The notes under the pieces are model-generated. The model was not told the origin of the DNA, did not search any database, and saw only the letters and a program-made list of their open reading frames with translations. DNA of 63,109 nucleotides, the filler included. It is 9 parts of 9 records of this genome, joined end to end, with 100 filler letters (N's around TTAATTAATTAA, not from the genome) between each part and the next. Parts side by side here need not be neighbours in the genome. Positions count along the whole stretch, not along the records: positions 17,380 to 25,068 come from SRR31147125_34277; positions 25,169 to 32,885 come from SRR31147125_34409; 7 more parts are not named here. The stretch is one strand, 5' to 3'. The position numbers and the translations under genes were made by a program. Of this stretch, positions 22,470-32,985 are shown one piece after another. How positions within the stretch are numbered: position 1 is the first letter of the stretch; each line of letters begins with the position of its first letter.

Positions 22470-22676
22470 GTGAATAGTGAATTACCAGAAACTCAAGATA
22501 TTCCGATCTCTTTGCTAAAAAAAGTATTGGAAAAAAGATATATTTTGAATACATATAATTCTTTCTGGCTATGGGCAATAGTGTCAATAATTTCAGAGAA
22601 AAATTTGGATCGGAATAATTATAAGATATATTTTGATGATCTTGCAAAAAGAATGCTGACTTTTGCCTGGATATAG
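22470..22676 (+). pseudogene. Truncated N-terminus resembling HNH-endonuclease-associated proteins
   Basis: ELPE...NTYNSFWLWAI...IYFDDLAKRMLTFAW; AT-rich and ends abruptly. Confidence 0.4.
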
Positions 22677-23087
22677 GTGAGGGGACAGGCTAAACTGGGC
22701 TGGACCCCGGCGGACTACGAGTCCATTCTCGAGCGCAAACCGTCTCCCTGGAACAAACTTGAACTCTGTCTGGGTACAATTGCTGAAATGCCGGATAACA
22801 ATATCTATGATCTGGTGGACAGGGTTGCCCGAAGAGAGGGAATCTGCTATATCCATTTCCGGAATGTTATCGGCTCTGCTCCCAACTACAGGGAAGTCTT
22901 TATTGACGAGGGTGAAATCGATATGGAAAAAATTATCGGTATCCTTCTAAGCGCCGGTTATACGGGTGTTCTTATTCCGGATCATACCCCGCAAATGAGT
23001 TGTGAAGCTACATGGCATGCGGGAATGGCCTATGCCATGGGGTACATGAATGCCCTTATAGGCAAAGCGCTGTCTGCCTCCGAATGA
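22677..23087 (+). pseudogene. uxuA: C-terminal fragment of mannonate dehydratase (UxuA family)
   Basis: LCLGT, YIHFRNV, EVFIDEGEIDM, IPDHTP, MAYAMGYM; the N-terminal ~60% is absent. Confidence 0.75.
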
Positions 23088-23187
23088 GATGCCTATTCCT
23101 GTTTAAATCGCGAAAGAGTGAAAGGGCAATGGGAATGCCCTTCGGTTTGTTGTTTTTACCAATAAAACCGGCAATAATAATGGCCCT

Positions 23188-23559
23188 CTAAACAACGAAC
23201 CGTTCAAAATCTACTTTTTCGCAGAAGAAGTTTATGATGTAACCAACCCGCAGCCCGGAAAGGCGCAGATAATTAAGCAGCTGTTTGCGATAGACTTCTC
23301 GGATAATAAGAGTTGACTTAAGTTCAAGAATAATCTTTTCTTCCACGACCAAGTCTGCGAAGAACTGACCGGCCAGCTGATCCCGGTAATATACCGGGAA
23401 ATACTTTTCCGTTGCGAACGGTATTTTACAGGCCTGAAATTCTATTTTTAGTGCATTGTGGTAAACAGTTTCGGGAAGACCTTCACCCAGAGTATTATGA
23501 ACCTTGAAACAACAACCAATGATTTTGTGTGACAACTGCGGATAAACTTTAACTGCCAT
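23188..23559 (-). CDS. GxxExxY protein (PD-(D/E)XK-like)
   Basis: IIGCCFKVHNTLGEGLPETVY, ADLVVE..IILELK, QLLNYL..G..INF; RBS GGAGG before ATG 23559. Confidence 0.9.
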   Translation of the reverse strand: MAVKVYPQLSHKIIGCCFKVHNTLGEGLPETVYHNALKIEFQACKIPFATEKYFPVYYRDQLAGQFFADLVVEEKIILELKSTLIIREVYRKQLLNYLRLSGLRVGYIINFFCEKVDFERFVV

Positions 23560-23929
23560 ACCGGCACCTCCTGTTTTCTTTAACAGGACCAATGAGCCTC
23601 CGACCCTGTCCAGGTTGGTGAGTGTAGCGAGCCACCGGACCTCGAAGAGGACCGGCATGACCTTGACAGGTGAGGAGCGAATGGTACAATAAAAGAACCA
23701 GGAGATTGATTTTTTCTTCGAAAGATTATGGAGTTTTTCTTTCGTAAAACATCCACAGAGAAAAGTAGAAGTTTTTCCCATCGGAAAAACGACAACAACC
23801 AGAATTGAATAATCGGCTCCGGAGCCTGACTCTTTCGAAGAAAGAGGACCCCATATGATTTGTGTAAAGGCAGATAAAAAAAAATTAAAAATGAATAGTA
23901 TGGAGAAAAGGATAAGGAATATTAGTATT

Positions 23930-24568
23930 ATGGATATTAAAATCAGATTGGAAACCAAAGACGACTGTTTCAAGGTCGAGGAATTGGCCCGGGAAGCATT
24001 CTGGAATCTCTATTGTCCCGGATGTGATGAGCATTATTTATGCCATATCCTTCGCGATCACAAAGACTTTATCAAGGAACTCGATTATGTTGCGGAAGTC
24101 GATGGAAAAGTAGTCGGCTCTATCATGTATACAGAGTCCTGGCTTATAGATGATGATGGACAGCAGGTAGAAACCGTTTCCTTTGGCCCCTTATGTGTTC
24201 ACCCTGATTATCAGCGGAAAGGAATAGGCACCGCCTTAATAGAAAAGACTAAATCTCTGGCAGAAAAAAGAGATGTTCCGGCGATTACGATTTATGGTGA
24301 TCCTCATAATTACTGTAAGCATGGGTTTCGGAATGGAATTGACTACCGGGTAAGCAATATGAAGGGAGAGTATCCTTTGGGATTGCTGGTTCTGGAGCTT
24401 CAGCCGGGTTTCTTTGGCGCTAAAGAATGGAAGGCGAAGCAGAGTGATGTTTTCAATTTTGATCAGAAGAAGGTCGAGGAGTTCGACAAGAGGTTTGTGG
24501 AAAAAGAAAAGAAAGCGCACTACAGCCAGGATTTGTTCAGAATGCAGATCAGAGCATTTCTGAAATAG
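23930..24568 (+). CDS. GNAT N-acetyltransferase (YhbS-like)
   Basis: REAFWN, FGPLCVHPDYQRKGIGTALI, GDP.NY.KHGF. Confidence 0.88.
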   Translation: MDIKIRLETKDDCFKVEELAREAFWNLYCPGCDEHYLCHILRDHKDFIKELDYVAEVDGKVVGSIMYTESWLIDDDGQQVETVSFGPLCVHPDYQRKGIGTALIEKTKSLAEKRDVPAITIYGDPHNYCKHGFRNGIDYRVSNMKGEYPLGLLVLELQPGFFGAKEWKAKQSDVFNFDQKKVEEFDKRFVEKEKKAHYSQDLFRMQIRAFLK

Positions 24569-24613
24569 TCAGGATGAGAACTATCTAATCTATGAATAAG
24601 GAAAGGCAATAAT

Positions 24614-25068
24614 ATGATTTATGAGCTGGATAAAGAAGATTACCCCAAGGCAGATAAACTGTTTACAAGGTTAAAAACAAACACGGCCATTGAGTCAATC
24701 TTTAACTACAAGAATGAAGCGCGGCTGTTTGTGGATAATCCGGATAAACCGGAGAGCATTTTCATTCTTGACTCTTGGGCCTATTATTATCTGGCTGGTG
24801 AATCCGAGAATGATGATTTTAATTCTTCACTGGTGGAGTTCCTTGAAAAATATTTTTTTCCGGAGTGTATCACAAAAGATTATAATACTGTTTTTGCCTT
24901 TTACCCGGATTCTGATGCGTGGTGTAAAAAAGCGGTGGAGCTGTTCTCTCATTTGAAACTGCATCAATCAGGCAAAACCTATTTCAACTATGAGGCAGGT
25001 CGTTTCAATAAAAACTGGAGGGATAGTATTCCGGAAGGGTTCAGTATAAAACGAATCTCTCCGGAAAT
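24614..25068 (+). CDS. Probable GNAT-family protein (3'-partial)
   Basis: LFVDNPDKP, YYLAG, IPEGFSIKRI pattern; truncated by the linker. Confidence 0.55.
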
Positions 25069-25168
25069 NNNNNNNNNNNNNNNNNNNNNNNNNNNNNNNN
25101 NNNNNNNNNNNNTTAATTAATTAANNNNNNNNNNNNNNNNNNNNNNNNNNNNNNNNNNNNNNNNNNNN

Positions 25169-26233
25169 GATGATTGCGGACAAATGTCGGCCTGGTATAT
25201 TCTAGGTGCCATGGGATTTTATGCCCTTTGTCCCGGTCAGGATATGTATGTACTTGGAAGCCCGGTTTTTGACAAGGTGACGATTCATCTGGAAAATGGT
25301 AAGGATTTTAACATCATAACGCAGGATGGATCCGATTCAAACGAATATATTCAATCAGTCACCCTGAATGGCAAAAACTGGTACAAGTCCTATTTAAAAC
25401 ATAAAGATATCATGAATGGCTCGACACTTGTTGTCAGAATGGGAGCCACACCAAATAAAAACTGGGGACAATCCATAGAAGATAGACCCTTTTCTGATCC
25501 GGGAAAAACAGCCGTGACAGTGCCATTTTTGACATCCAAACAGCTTTATTTTCTTTATTCAAATGATACGGACATGTATTTTCGTAAATCAGCGCAAGTT
25601 GCCCTGGGGTGCGATACAAAAGGAGCCAGGATTTTTTACACTCTGGATGGCAGTGAACCGACAAGAGAGTCTCTCTGTTATGCGAAACCTTTTACAGTCG
25701 ATAAATCGACATCTATTCATTTGAAAGCGTTTAAGGACGGTTTACTTCCCAGTTATACCATTAAAGTAAATTTAGTAAAGGCTGGTTATAAAGAACCAAA
25801 AATCTTTCAAAATCTGGAACAGGGGATTGCTTACGACTATTACGAGGATACATTTTTTAATGTAAACAGATTTGATTCAGTCAAGCCACTCAAATCCGGT
25901 GTATTCTCTCAATTTAATATCGAGCCCCGTGAGAGTGACGAGTATTTTGGTCTGGCATATAATGGTTTCATCGAAATTCCCCGGGATGGAGAGTATACCT
26001 TTTACATTAAATCAAATGATGGCAGCAAGATGTTTTTTGATGGCCAAGAACTGATCAATAATGACGGTAAACATCCGATCGCTGAACAAAGCAATAGCAT
26101 CTTGCTCAAAGCTGGTAAATACCCGATAACAGTAAAATATTTTCAATGCGGAAGACAGAAACTGTTAAAGGTCAGCTGGAAAGGACCGGGTATTGCAAAG
26201 CAGGAAATTCCGGAAAACGTATTATTTCATTAA
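25169..26233 (+). CDS. GH92 alpha-mannosidase C-terminal part with Fn3-associated and PA14 domains (5'-partial)
   Basis: DDCGQMSAWY, GSPVF, YIQSVTLNG; YTLDGSEP; SNDGSK..DG..NNDG.H. Confidence 0.9.
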   Translation, partial: DDCGQMSAWYILGAMGFYALCPGQDMYVLGSPVFDKVTIHLENGKDFNIITQDGSDSNEYIQSVTLNGKNWYKSYLKHKDIMNGSTLVVRMGATPNKNWGQSIEDRPFSDPGKTAVTVPFLTSKQLYFLYSNDTDMYFRKSAQVALGCDTKGARIFYTLDGSEPTRESLCYAKPFTVDKSTSIHLKAFKDGLLPSYTIKVNLVKAGYKEPKIFQNLEQGIAYDYYEDTFFNVNRFDSVKPLKSGVFSQFNIEPRESDEYFGLAYNGFIEIPRDGEYTFYIKSNDGSKMFFDGQELINNDGKHPIAEQSNSILLKAGKYPITVKYFQCGRQKLLKVSWKGPGIAKQEIPENVLFH

Positions 26234-26294
26234 AGTCGATAATAAACAAACACCGGTAATGAATCCACTATATTTTTTATCATAAGGAGAAGCT

Positions 26295-29096
26295 ATGCTT
26301 CGAATTGAGAAGTTGGTTCACTTGTTACTATTTGGGCTTGTGATGTGCTTTTTTTTAACAGGATGTCATCATTCTTTACTTTCCATAAAAAGTCCTGACA
26401 ATTCACTTGTCGCTGAATTTAGAACGGATTCCTCCGGTCGATTATTTTATTCTGTGAAGCGGAATGGTACGGATGTCATCAAAAAGGCAACCCTCGGAGT
26501 CATTATCGATGGTGTCGACCTGGGAAAAGATGTAAAAATTGGGAACTGTGAATTTAAAAAGACAATTGATGAATCTTATATATGGCGAGGCGTGCATTCC
26601 AGGGCCCGAAATAATTTTAATGAGGTTGTTGTGCCTGTTACACACATTGCCAGCAAAGTGTCGTTTCAGATCGAGATACGCGTTTTTAATGATGGTGTTG
26701 CCTATCGAACCATTGTGCCGGGTAAAGGTAAACGCACAGTCCAGGGCGAGGCCGCAAGCTGGCAGATTTCCAAAGAAGCCATAGCTTGGTATCATTCAGA
26801 CACCAGGGATTATGAAGACCCGATCAGACCGAAAAAAGTGGCCGGCATAACAAAAGGTACCAAAATGGCGCTTCCAGTTGTGTTTGAATTGACAAAAAGT
26901 ATAGGGTATCTCGCTCTAACAGAAGCATCCTTATTTGAATATAGTGGTTTTATACTGAAATTATCAGATACTGGTCAGTTTCAGGTAGATTTTGAAGATG
27001 ACCCACAAGGCTGGACAATGCAGGATACGATCACAACACCCTGGCGCATTGCTATAATCAGTCCTGATTTAAATGGACTGGTAAACAGTGATATGATCCA
27101 TGATGTGTGCCCGCCTCCGGCACCTGAATTAGCGAATGCGGACTGGATCCGGCCGGGCCGTTCCGTATGGTCATGGTGGTCTTCAGGTACCGGAGATTGG
27201 AACCAGCAAAAGTGGTATGTGGACAGGGCTGCAGAGTTGGGATTTGAATACAATTTAATCGATGAATTGTGGGAAACGTGGCAATCCGGTGAAAAGAACA
27301 AATGGGACCTGCTCAAAGAGGTAGTCGGTTACGCAAAAAAGAAAAATGTAAATATCTGGGTGTGGAAGTACTGGGAGGACATCAATACTGAGAAAAACCG
27401 CCTGGATTTTTTCAAAAAGGTTAAAAAGAGTGGTGTTGTTGGTGTAAAAATTGATTTTATGGATTCTGATAGCAAAGAGAGAATTGATTTTTATACAGCC
27501 ACATTGCGCGATGCGGCTAAAGTGCAGTTGATGATCAATTTCCATGGCGCCAATAAACCCACAGGAGAATCCCGAACATTTCCTCATGAAATGACGCGGG
27601 AAGGAATTTATGGCTTAGAAAATAACAAGGGTGATTCTATCCCTGCGGTTCATAATGCGGCTTTGCCATTTACCCGTTTCATCGCTGGGCATGGTGATTA
27701 TACGCCTTGTACTTTTAATCCTGAAAAATTAAGAGGAACATCCTACGCGCATCAGCTTGCCACGGCCATCGTGTTTACATCGCCTCTTACTCATTGGGCA
27801 GATCAGCCGGACAATTACCTGGCCAGTACCGCTGTGGATGTCATTAAAAATATCCCGACCTGTTGGGATGAAACGCGGGTATTATCTGGCAGCCGAATTG
27901 GCGATATAGCTGCTTTTGCCCGTCGCAAAGGGGGAAACTGGTATGTTGGTGTACTGAATGGCGGTGATGAAAGAAATTTCAAAATTGATTTATCCTTTTT
28001 AGGAAAAGGGCATTATGAAACAGTATTGTTTTCAGATGATCTGAAAAGACCTGATGATCTCCTTCGTCAGGAAATGGTTTTTGATGCCAGCGCAGCCCTG
28101 ACAACCGTAATGCGTGCTGGTGGCGGATATGTAGCCCAATTTTTAAAAACAGACAAGCCTCTTGCGCATGTTGTTATTCAGCATGATGGCCACTATTTAA
28201 AAAAGCCATCAAAGGCTACACTGTCCTGTGTAAATCCGCAGGCTGAAATTCGGTATAGTCTTGATGGCAGCATCCCGACTATAAATTCCAAACTCTATAA
28301 TGGTGTCCTTACGATCAATGAACCTGTGGATCTAAAGGCAGCTGCCTTTATAGATGGTAAAAGAATGTGTCTGGCTGAAACTCGATTTGTTAAACCTCAC
28401 GCTCCGAATATTTTAACACCAAATGGTTTGTTTATGAGACAAAAAACAGTAGAGATTGACAGAAAAGAACAGGATGGGACTCTCTATTATACACTGGATG
28501 GTACAGAACCCACTGAATCTTCTTTTGTTTATAAAAAGCCATTTGAAATAACCAATACCTCAATCTTAAAAGCCAAAATTATCTGGAAACCCGGATTTTG
28601 TAGTGATGTGAGTGAAGCAAATTATACCCGGCCGAAACCACGCAAGTCGGAGAATCCGGATAAACTGACCAAAGGACTTCAGTATCTCTGTTATCTTGGT
28701 CAGTGTGAGAGGTGTGCGGACATTCATTCTCTTTCTGCCACAAAATCGGGTCTTGTTAACGGTTTTGATATCCGCTCTCTTGTACCACGTGAAGATGGAT
28801 TTGCTATTCAAATTACCGGTTTTATCAAGGTACCCAAAGACGGCTTGTACACGTTTTTCTCTTCTTCAAACGATGGATCACAACTTTTTATCGGCGAGAC
28901 TAAAGTTGTTGATAATGATGGCTTACATGCCATGAAAGAAAAGGGCGGTGAGATTGTTCTCAAAACCGGTTTGCATCCAATCACTGTTTATTATTTTGAA
29001 AGCGCCGGTTCTCAGGCACTGGAAGTGGGTTATAGTGGACCAGGCATGCCAAAACAAAAGATTCAACCATCAATGCTTTATCATCTTTCAGAATAA
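26295..29096 (+). CDS. GH97 glycoside hydrolase lipoprotein with two Fn3-associated domains and PA14
   Basis: LTGC lipobox, WIRPGRS.WSWW, GVKIDFM, NFHGANKPTG..RT.P, TREG, DYTP, YSLDG/YTLDG, SSNDGS. Confidence 0.9.
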   Translation: MLRIEKLVHLLLFGLVMCFFLTGCHHSLLSIKSPDNSLVAEFRTDSSGRLFYSVKRNGTDVIKKATLGVIIDGVDLGKDVKIGNCEFKKTIDESYIWRGVHSRARNNFNEVVVPVTHIASKVSFQIEIRVFNDGVAYRTIVPGKGKRTVQGEAASWQISKEAIAWYHSDTRDYEDPIRPKKVAGITKGTKMALPVVFELTKSIGYLALTEASLFEYSGFILKLSDTGQFQVDFEDDPQGWTMQDTITTPWRIAIISPDLNGLVNSDMIHDVCPPPAPELANADWIRPGRSVWSWWSSGTGDWNQQKWYVDRAAELGFEYNLIDELWETWQSGEKNKWDLLKEVVGYAKKKNVNIWVWKYWEDINTEKNRLDFFKKVKKSGVVGVKIDFMDSDSKERIDFYTATLRDAAKVQLMINFHGANKPTGESRTFPHEMTREGIYGLENNKGDSIPAVHNAALPFTRFIAGHGDYTPCTFNPEKLRGTSYAHQLATAIVFTSPLTHWADQPDNYLASTAVDVIKNIPTCWDETRVLSGSRIGDIAAFARRKGGNWYVGVLNGGDERNFKIDLSFLGKGHYETVLFSDDLKRPDDLLRQEMVFDASAALTTVMRAGGGYVAQFLKTDKPLAHVVIQHDGHYLKKPSKATLSCVNPQAEIRYSLDGSIPTINSKLYNGVLTINEPVDLKAAAFIDGKRMCLAETRFVKPHAPNILTPNGLFMRQKTVEIDRKEQDGTLYYTLDGTEPTESSFVYKKPFEITNTSILKAKIIWKPGFCSDVSEANYTRPKPRKSENPDKLTKGLQYLCYLGQCERCADIHSLSATKSGLVNGFDIRSLVPREDGFAIQITGFIKVPKDGLYTFFSSSNDGSQLFIGETKVVDNDGLHAMKEKGGEIVLKTGLHPITVYYFESAGSQALEVGYSGPGMPKQKIQPSMLYHLSE

Positions 29097-29232
29097 TGGA
29101 CTCGTGTTGATCTGATCTTTTGGGGATTAACAAACGAATAAAACAGGACAGCAATTACTATGGTATTTTATTTAACAGCTAAAGTAGCTAGCATTGCCAA
29201 GGAATTTGTTATTAACGTGTCTTGAAAAAATT

Positions 29233-29283
29233 GGATTTGATTCCTGCGAATATGGATGTGCAGGAATCAAATCCTTCGTTTTT
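29233..29283 (+). terminator. Rho-independent terminator
   Basis: 15-bp perfect inverted repeat ggatttgattcctgc/gcaggaatcaaatcc followed by a T-rich tract. Confidence 0.7.
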
Positions 29284-29677
29284 AAGGTTGTTGTGATGTA
29301 ACTGTCATGGGGTTTTCATGTTTATAGGGGATGAACCAATAAGTATAAAGTACAATTTATAAATTGGGTCATTCAAGCCACATTTTCTGAAAAAAACCCA
29401 ATACCTTCCTTAATAACCAATGATTCTCAAAAAAAATATTACATAACTCATTTATTAATTGTGTGTTATTGCTTTTTAAAATATAGTCAAATCGTGGTCT
29501 GGAAATTGCCTAAAAAGTATTCATTTATCAAACACGGTTCTTTTTATACGATTGGAGTTTAGATGTTTCCATATTATAAATGGAGGAGTACATAATAGGT
29601 GTTTTATCTTTTATTAATCTGTTTTGTTGTTGCCAGATAGTTGAAATATTAAAAGGGATTATCATATCAAATGAAAA

Positions 29678-31518
29678 ATGACGGGATACAAATTGAGAAA
29701 TTTATTAGTTATTAAAGTTTGTCTTGTTTGTCTTTTGCTAACAAATTCAATGTGGGCTAACCAGCTTAAAAAAAGGAAAAATTCACTGTTTGTAAAAGTG
29801 GCCAGATTAAAATAAATAACCAACAGTTTGATGATTTTACCGCGTATTTTACGTCTGACTATTTTAAAACTCATAATAAACGGTGTAATACAAAAATTTT
29901 AAACAAAAAAAATATCCGAATTTATACAGCAGATCAATCTGATTGTACCTGTGATGTAACAGTTATTAAAGATGAATATTGGCCTTCTCAGGTCTATACC
30001 ATACCTGTTGTGTTTCACAATATTTTCAGGGATGACGGTACCGGTTTTCTGCCAAATGAACGATTTTTTGCACAGATTGATGTTCTAAATGAAACGTTTC
30101 GGGCTTTGCTGAGTACGGATGATTCAACCGGTTTCGACACTGCTATTCAATTTGAACTGGCAGGAATTACTCGTACTAAAAATGATATTTGGTATAATGA
30201 TATGGGTGAAATGGAATACAAATCTATCCTTGGATGGGACCAGGAGCGATTTCTTAATGTTTACACCAATTCCTGCTCTGGTTATTTGGGTTATTCTTAT
30301 TTTCCACAGGATGTCGCTGGAAATTTAAAAGATGGTGTGGCTATACTATCTGAAGCATTAGGTGGAAGAGATAACGGTTATGCACCTTATGATCAGGGAC
30401 ATACGCTGGTACATGAAATAGGTCATTACCTGGGTCTTTTACACACATTTGAAGGCTATGATTGTTTTCAGGGTTATGATACAGGTGATTTGATTAATGA
30501 TACCTATCCGGAAAACCAGGAACATTATTGTTGCATAGAAACCTTTTCATGTGATACGCTGGATAATATTCATAATTATATGAATTATACGGACGATATC
30601 TGTATGTACGAGTTTACGCCGGACCAAGCAAACAGAATGCGGTGTTGCCTGTTGAATTATCGTCCATTATTGATATTAAATCAATATTCAAATTTACATT
30701 TTTTATCATTACCACCTAATAAATGCTTTGTTAACCAATCCTATAATTATCAAGCTGTGGCAGAAAGTGCTGATAGAAAATTTTGTTTCTTTTCTCTTTC
30801 GCAAGGACCTGAAAGTATGGTAATCGATCCTGATACCGGTGTTTTGACCTGGTTTCCAGGCGATTCAAGTTTGGGAAAGCATTTTGTTGAGATAATGGTA
30901 AGGGATGGTTATAATGAATCGTTCCAACGTTTTATGATAACGGTTACAAAAGAATATGATCCACCTGTAGCTGCTTTTTTTGCCGATACATTGTCAGGAA
31001 TCGCGCCTTTTACTGTTGATTTTGTCGATCAGTCGAAAGGTGAGATTTATACCAGGATTTGGGATTTTGGCGACTTTGATGTGGATTATTGTCCTGATCC
31101 GTCACATGTGTATTATGAGGCCGGAGAATATTCTGTGAGTCTAAAAGTTACTGGCCCGGGTGGATCAAATACAATGGTGCAATCAAATTATATTAAAATC
31201 GACTCTCCAACGGCTGTAGAAAATAAAGAATCTCTACCTATGGAATTATTCCTGAATCAAAACTATCCCAATCCGTTTAACGCCAGCACCACAATCAGTT
31301 ATCAATTGACGCATGCTCTGGATGCCAGGATTTCTATATTTGATATGAATGGCAGATTGATTTCGACAGTTGAGGACAATCATAAACAGGCTGGATTTCA
31401 TAAAATTGTTTGGAATGGTTTGGATGATAAAAAACATCCTGTTGCTTCAGGTATTTATCTGATACAATTAAAGGCAGGTGACTTTGTAACCAATAAAAAG
31501 GCTCTCCTGCTCAAATAA
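29678..31518 (+). CDS. Secreted M43 (pappalysin/ulilysin-like) zinc metalloprotease with Ig-like, PKD and FlgD-type C-terminal domains (frameshift in an A run at about 29770)
   Basis: Signal peptide from ATG 29678, prodomain KRC, IPVVFH, HEIGHYLGLLHTF, NYMNY Met-turn, WDFGD, QNYPNPFN. Confidence 0.85.
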
Positions 31519-31573
31519 CTTTAATTGTGATTTAGAAAATTCGTTTTATTAACATCATTCTTTTAAAATTGCT

Positions 31574-31610
31574 TCTTTGCGGAGGTAATAACATTTTATC
31601 TTCGCAAAGA
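31574..31610 (+). terminator. Hairpin after the protease gene
   Basis: tctttgcg...cgcaaaga inverted repeat. Confidence 0.5.
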
Positions 31611-32094
31611 TTCAGAATAGGAAAAGGGTGTAAGAGAATCAACGCCCGGATCTTGTTGGCATGAGAAATTTGATCCTCATTTTTTCTTTTCAAGAACGTT
31701 GCCTTTTTTAAGGATTTTAGAATTTTGCAAGAAAAAGGAATAGATTAGAAAAACGAGTCCGATAATAGAGAAATAGAAACCTTTAATTAATTTTTATATG
31801 CAACTTGATATTAATATTACCCTGTAAAATACCACTTTAAAAAATATCCCGGTACATAAATCCTCCTTACCCAAGGGGGATTGAAGGGGTATGTTTCACA
31901 CCAAACCTGAAAATGCAGACAGCTATACTTGCTAATTCTGACAAAATATAAAATCCAACATGTTGAGTCTCAATATGGGTGATTCTCTCTTGTTTATCTC
32001 TTAAGATTATTATTATCTGCAGCTTTGCTACATATGCTTTACAATATATACACCAATTATTTTCGTGCAAAAGTTCAGTAGCTATTTAACCAAA

Positions 32095-32112
32095 AAATCA
32101 AACGTTTGATTT
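32095..32112. promoter_or_regulatory. LacI-type operator palindrome
   Basis: Perfect 18-bp AAATCAAACGTTTGATTT; a related copy ACTAGAACGTTTGAGT at 32243-32258. Confidence 0.6.
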
Positions 32113-32304
32113 GCTTCTTATTTGGTTTTATATAATTGTTGTACAAGGCATTTTATGTGAATAGGCTGTTATTATTATTGTAATTAAAGTGAATTTAAAT
32201 AAAAATTATTACTTGATATTTCGTTATGGGTTTCATATCTTCACTAGAACGTTTGAGTAATTAATCCAAAGCGAATTAATTTCATCTAAATTTTTATAAA
32301 AAAA

Positions 32305-32885
32305 TTGCCAAATAAAATAAGATTAAAAGAAATTGCTAAAGCGGCCGGAGTTTCAATTAGTACTGTATCGCTTGTTTTGAATAACAAGAGTCAGGAAAGA
32401 GCCATATCAGCTGAGGTTACCAGGAGAGTTAAAGATGTAGCTGACAAAATGGGTTACATTCCAAATTATTCTGCCCGACTGATGAAAAAGAACATTAACC
32501 AAATTAATATAGGATTTTTCTCGAGTTACGAAACGCCATTGATCATGATAAACCAATGGTTGTTGTCGGTCGAGGAGAGTTTATCTCGCTTTAAAAAGCC
32601 AGAATTTGATTTTCAACTAATTTTTGAACCCTATCATTCCGGAAAATTAAAAGATTCTTTACAAAAGGCTCAAATCCATGCTGCCATTATAACGAATACA
32701 TTGGTTGAAGATGATGAATTTTTAATAAATTCCAAATTTCCTTTCCCTATTGTTTTAATTGGTAGAGATTTGCCTGGATATAGTGCCGTAATTCTTGATC
32801 AAGTAGACGCAGGTAAAAAGGCTGCCTCTTTGCTTGTGGATATAGGCTGCAAAAAAATTGCAGTTATGGTACCGAAAGAAAAAAA
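32305..32885 (+). CDS. LacI-family regulator (3'-partial)
   Basis: LKEIAKAAGVSISTVSLVLN, GYIPNYSAR. Confidence 0.9.
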
Positions 32886-32985
32886 NNNNNNNNNNNNNNN
32901 NNNNNNNNNNNNNNNNNNNNNNNNNNNNNTTAATTAATTAANNNNNNNNNNNNNNNNNNNNNNNNNNNNNNNNNNNNNNNNNNNN

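Noticed and set aside
23560-23973. 261-aa ORF with a long hydrophobic N-terminal extension on GxxExxY
   Set aside because: A strong RBS precedes ATG 23559, the family is about 125 aa, and the extension overlaps the divergent GNAT gene
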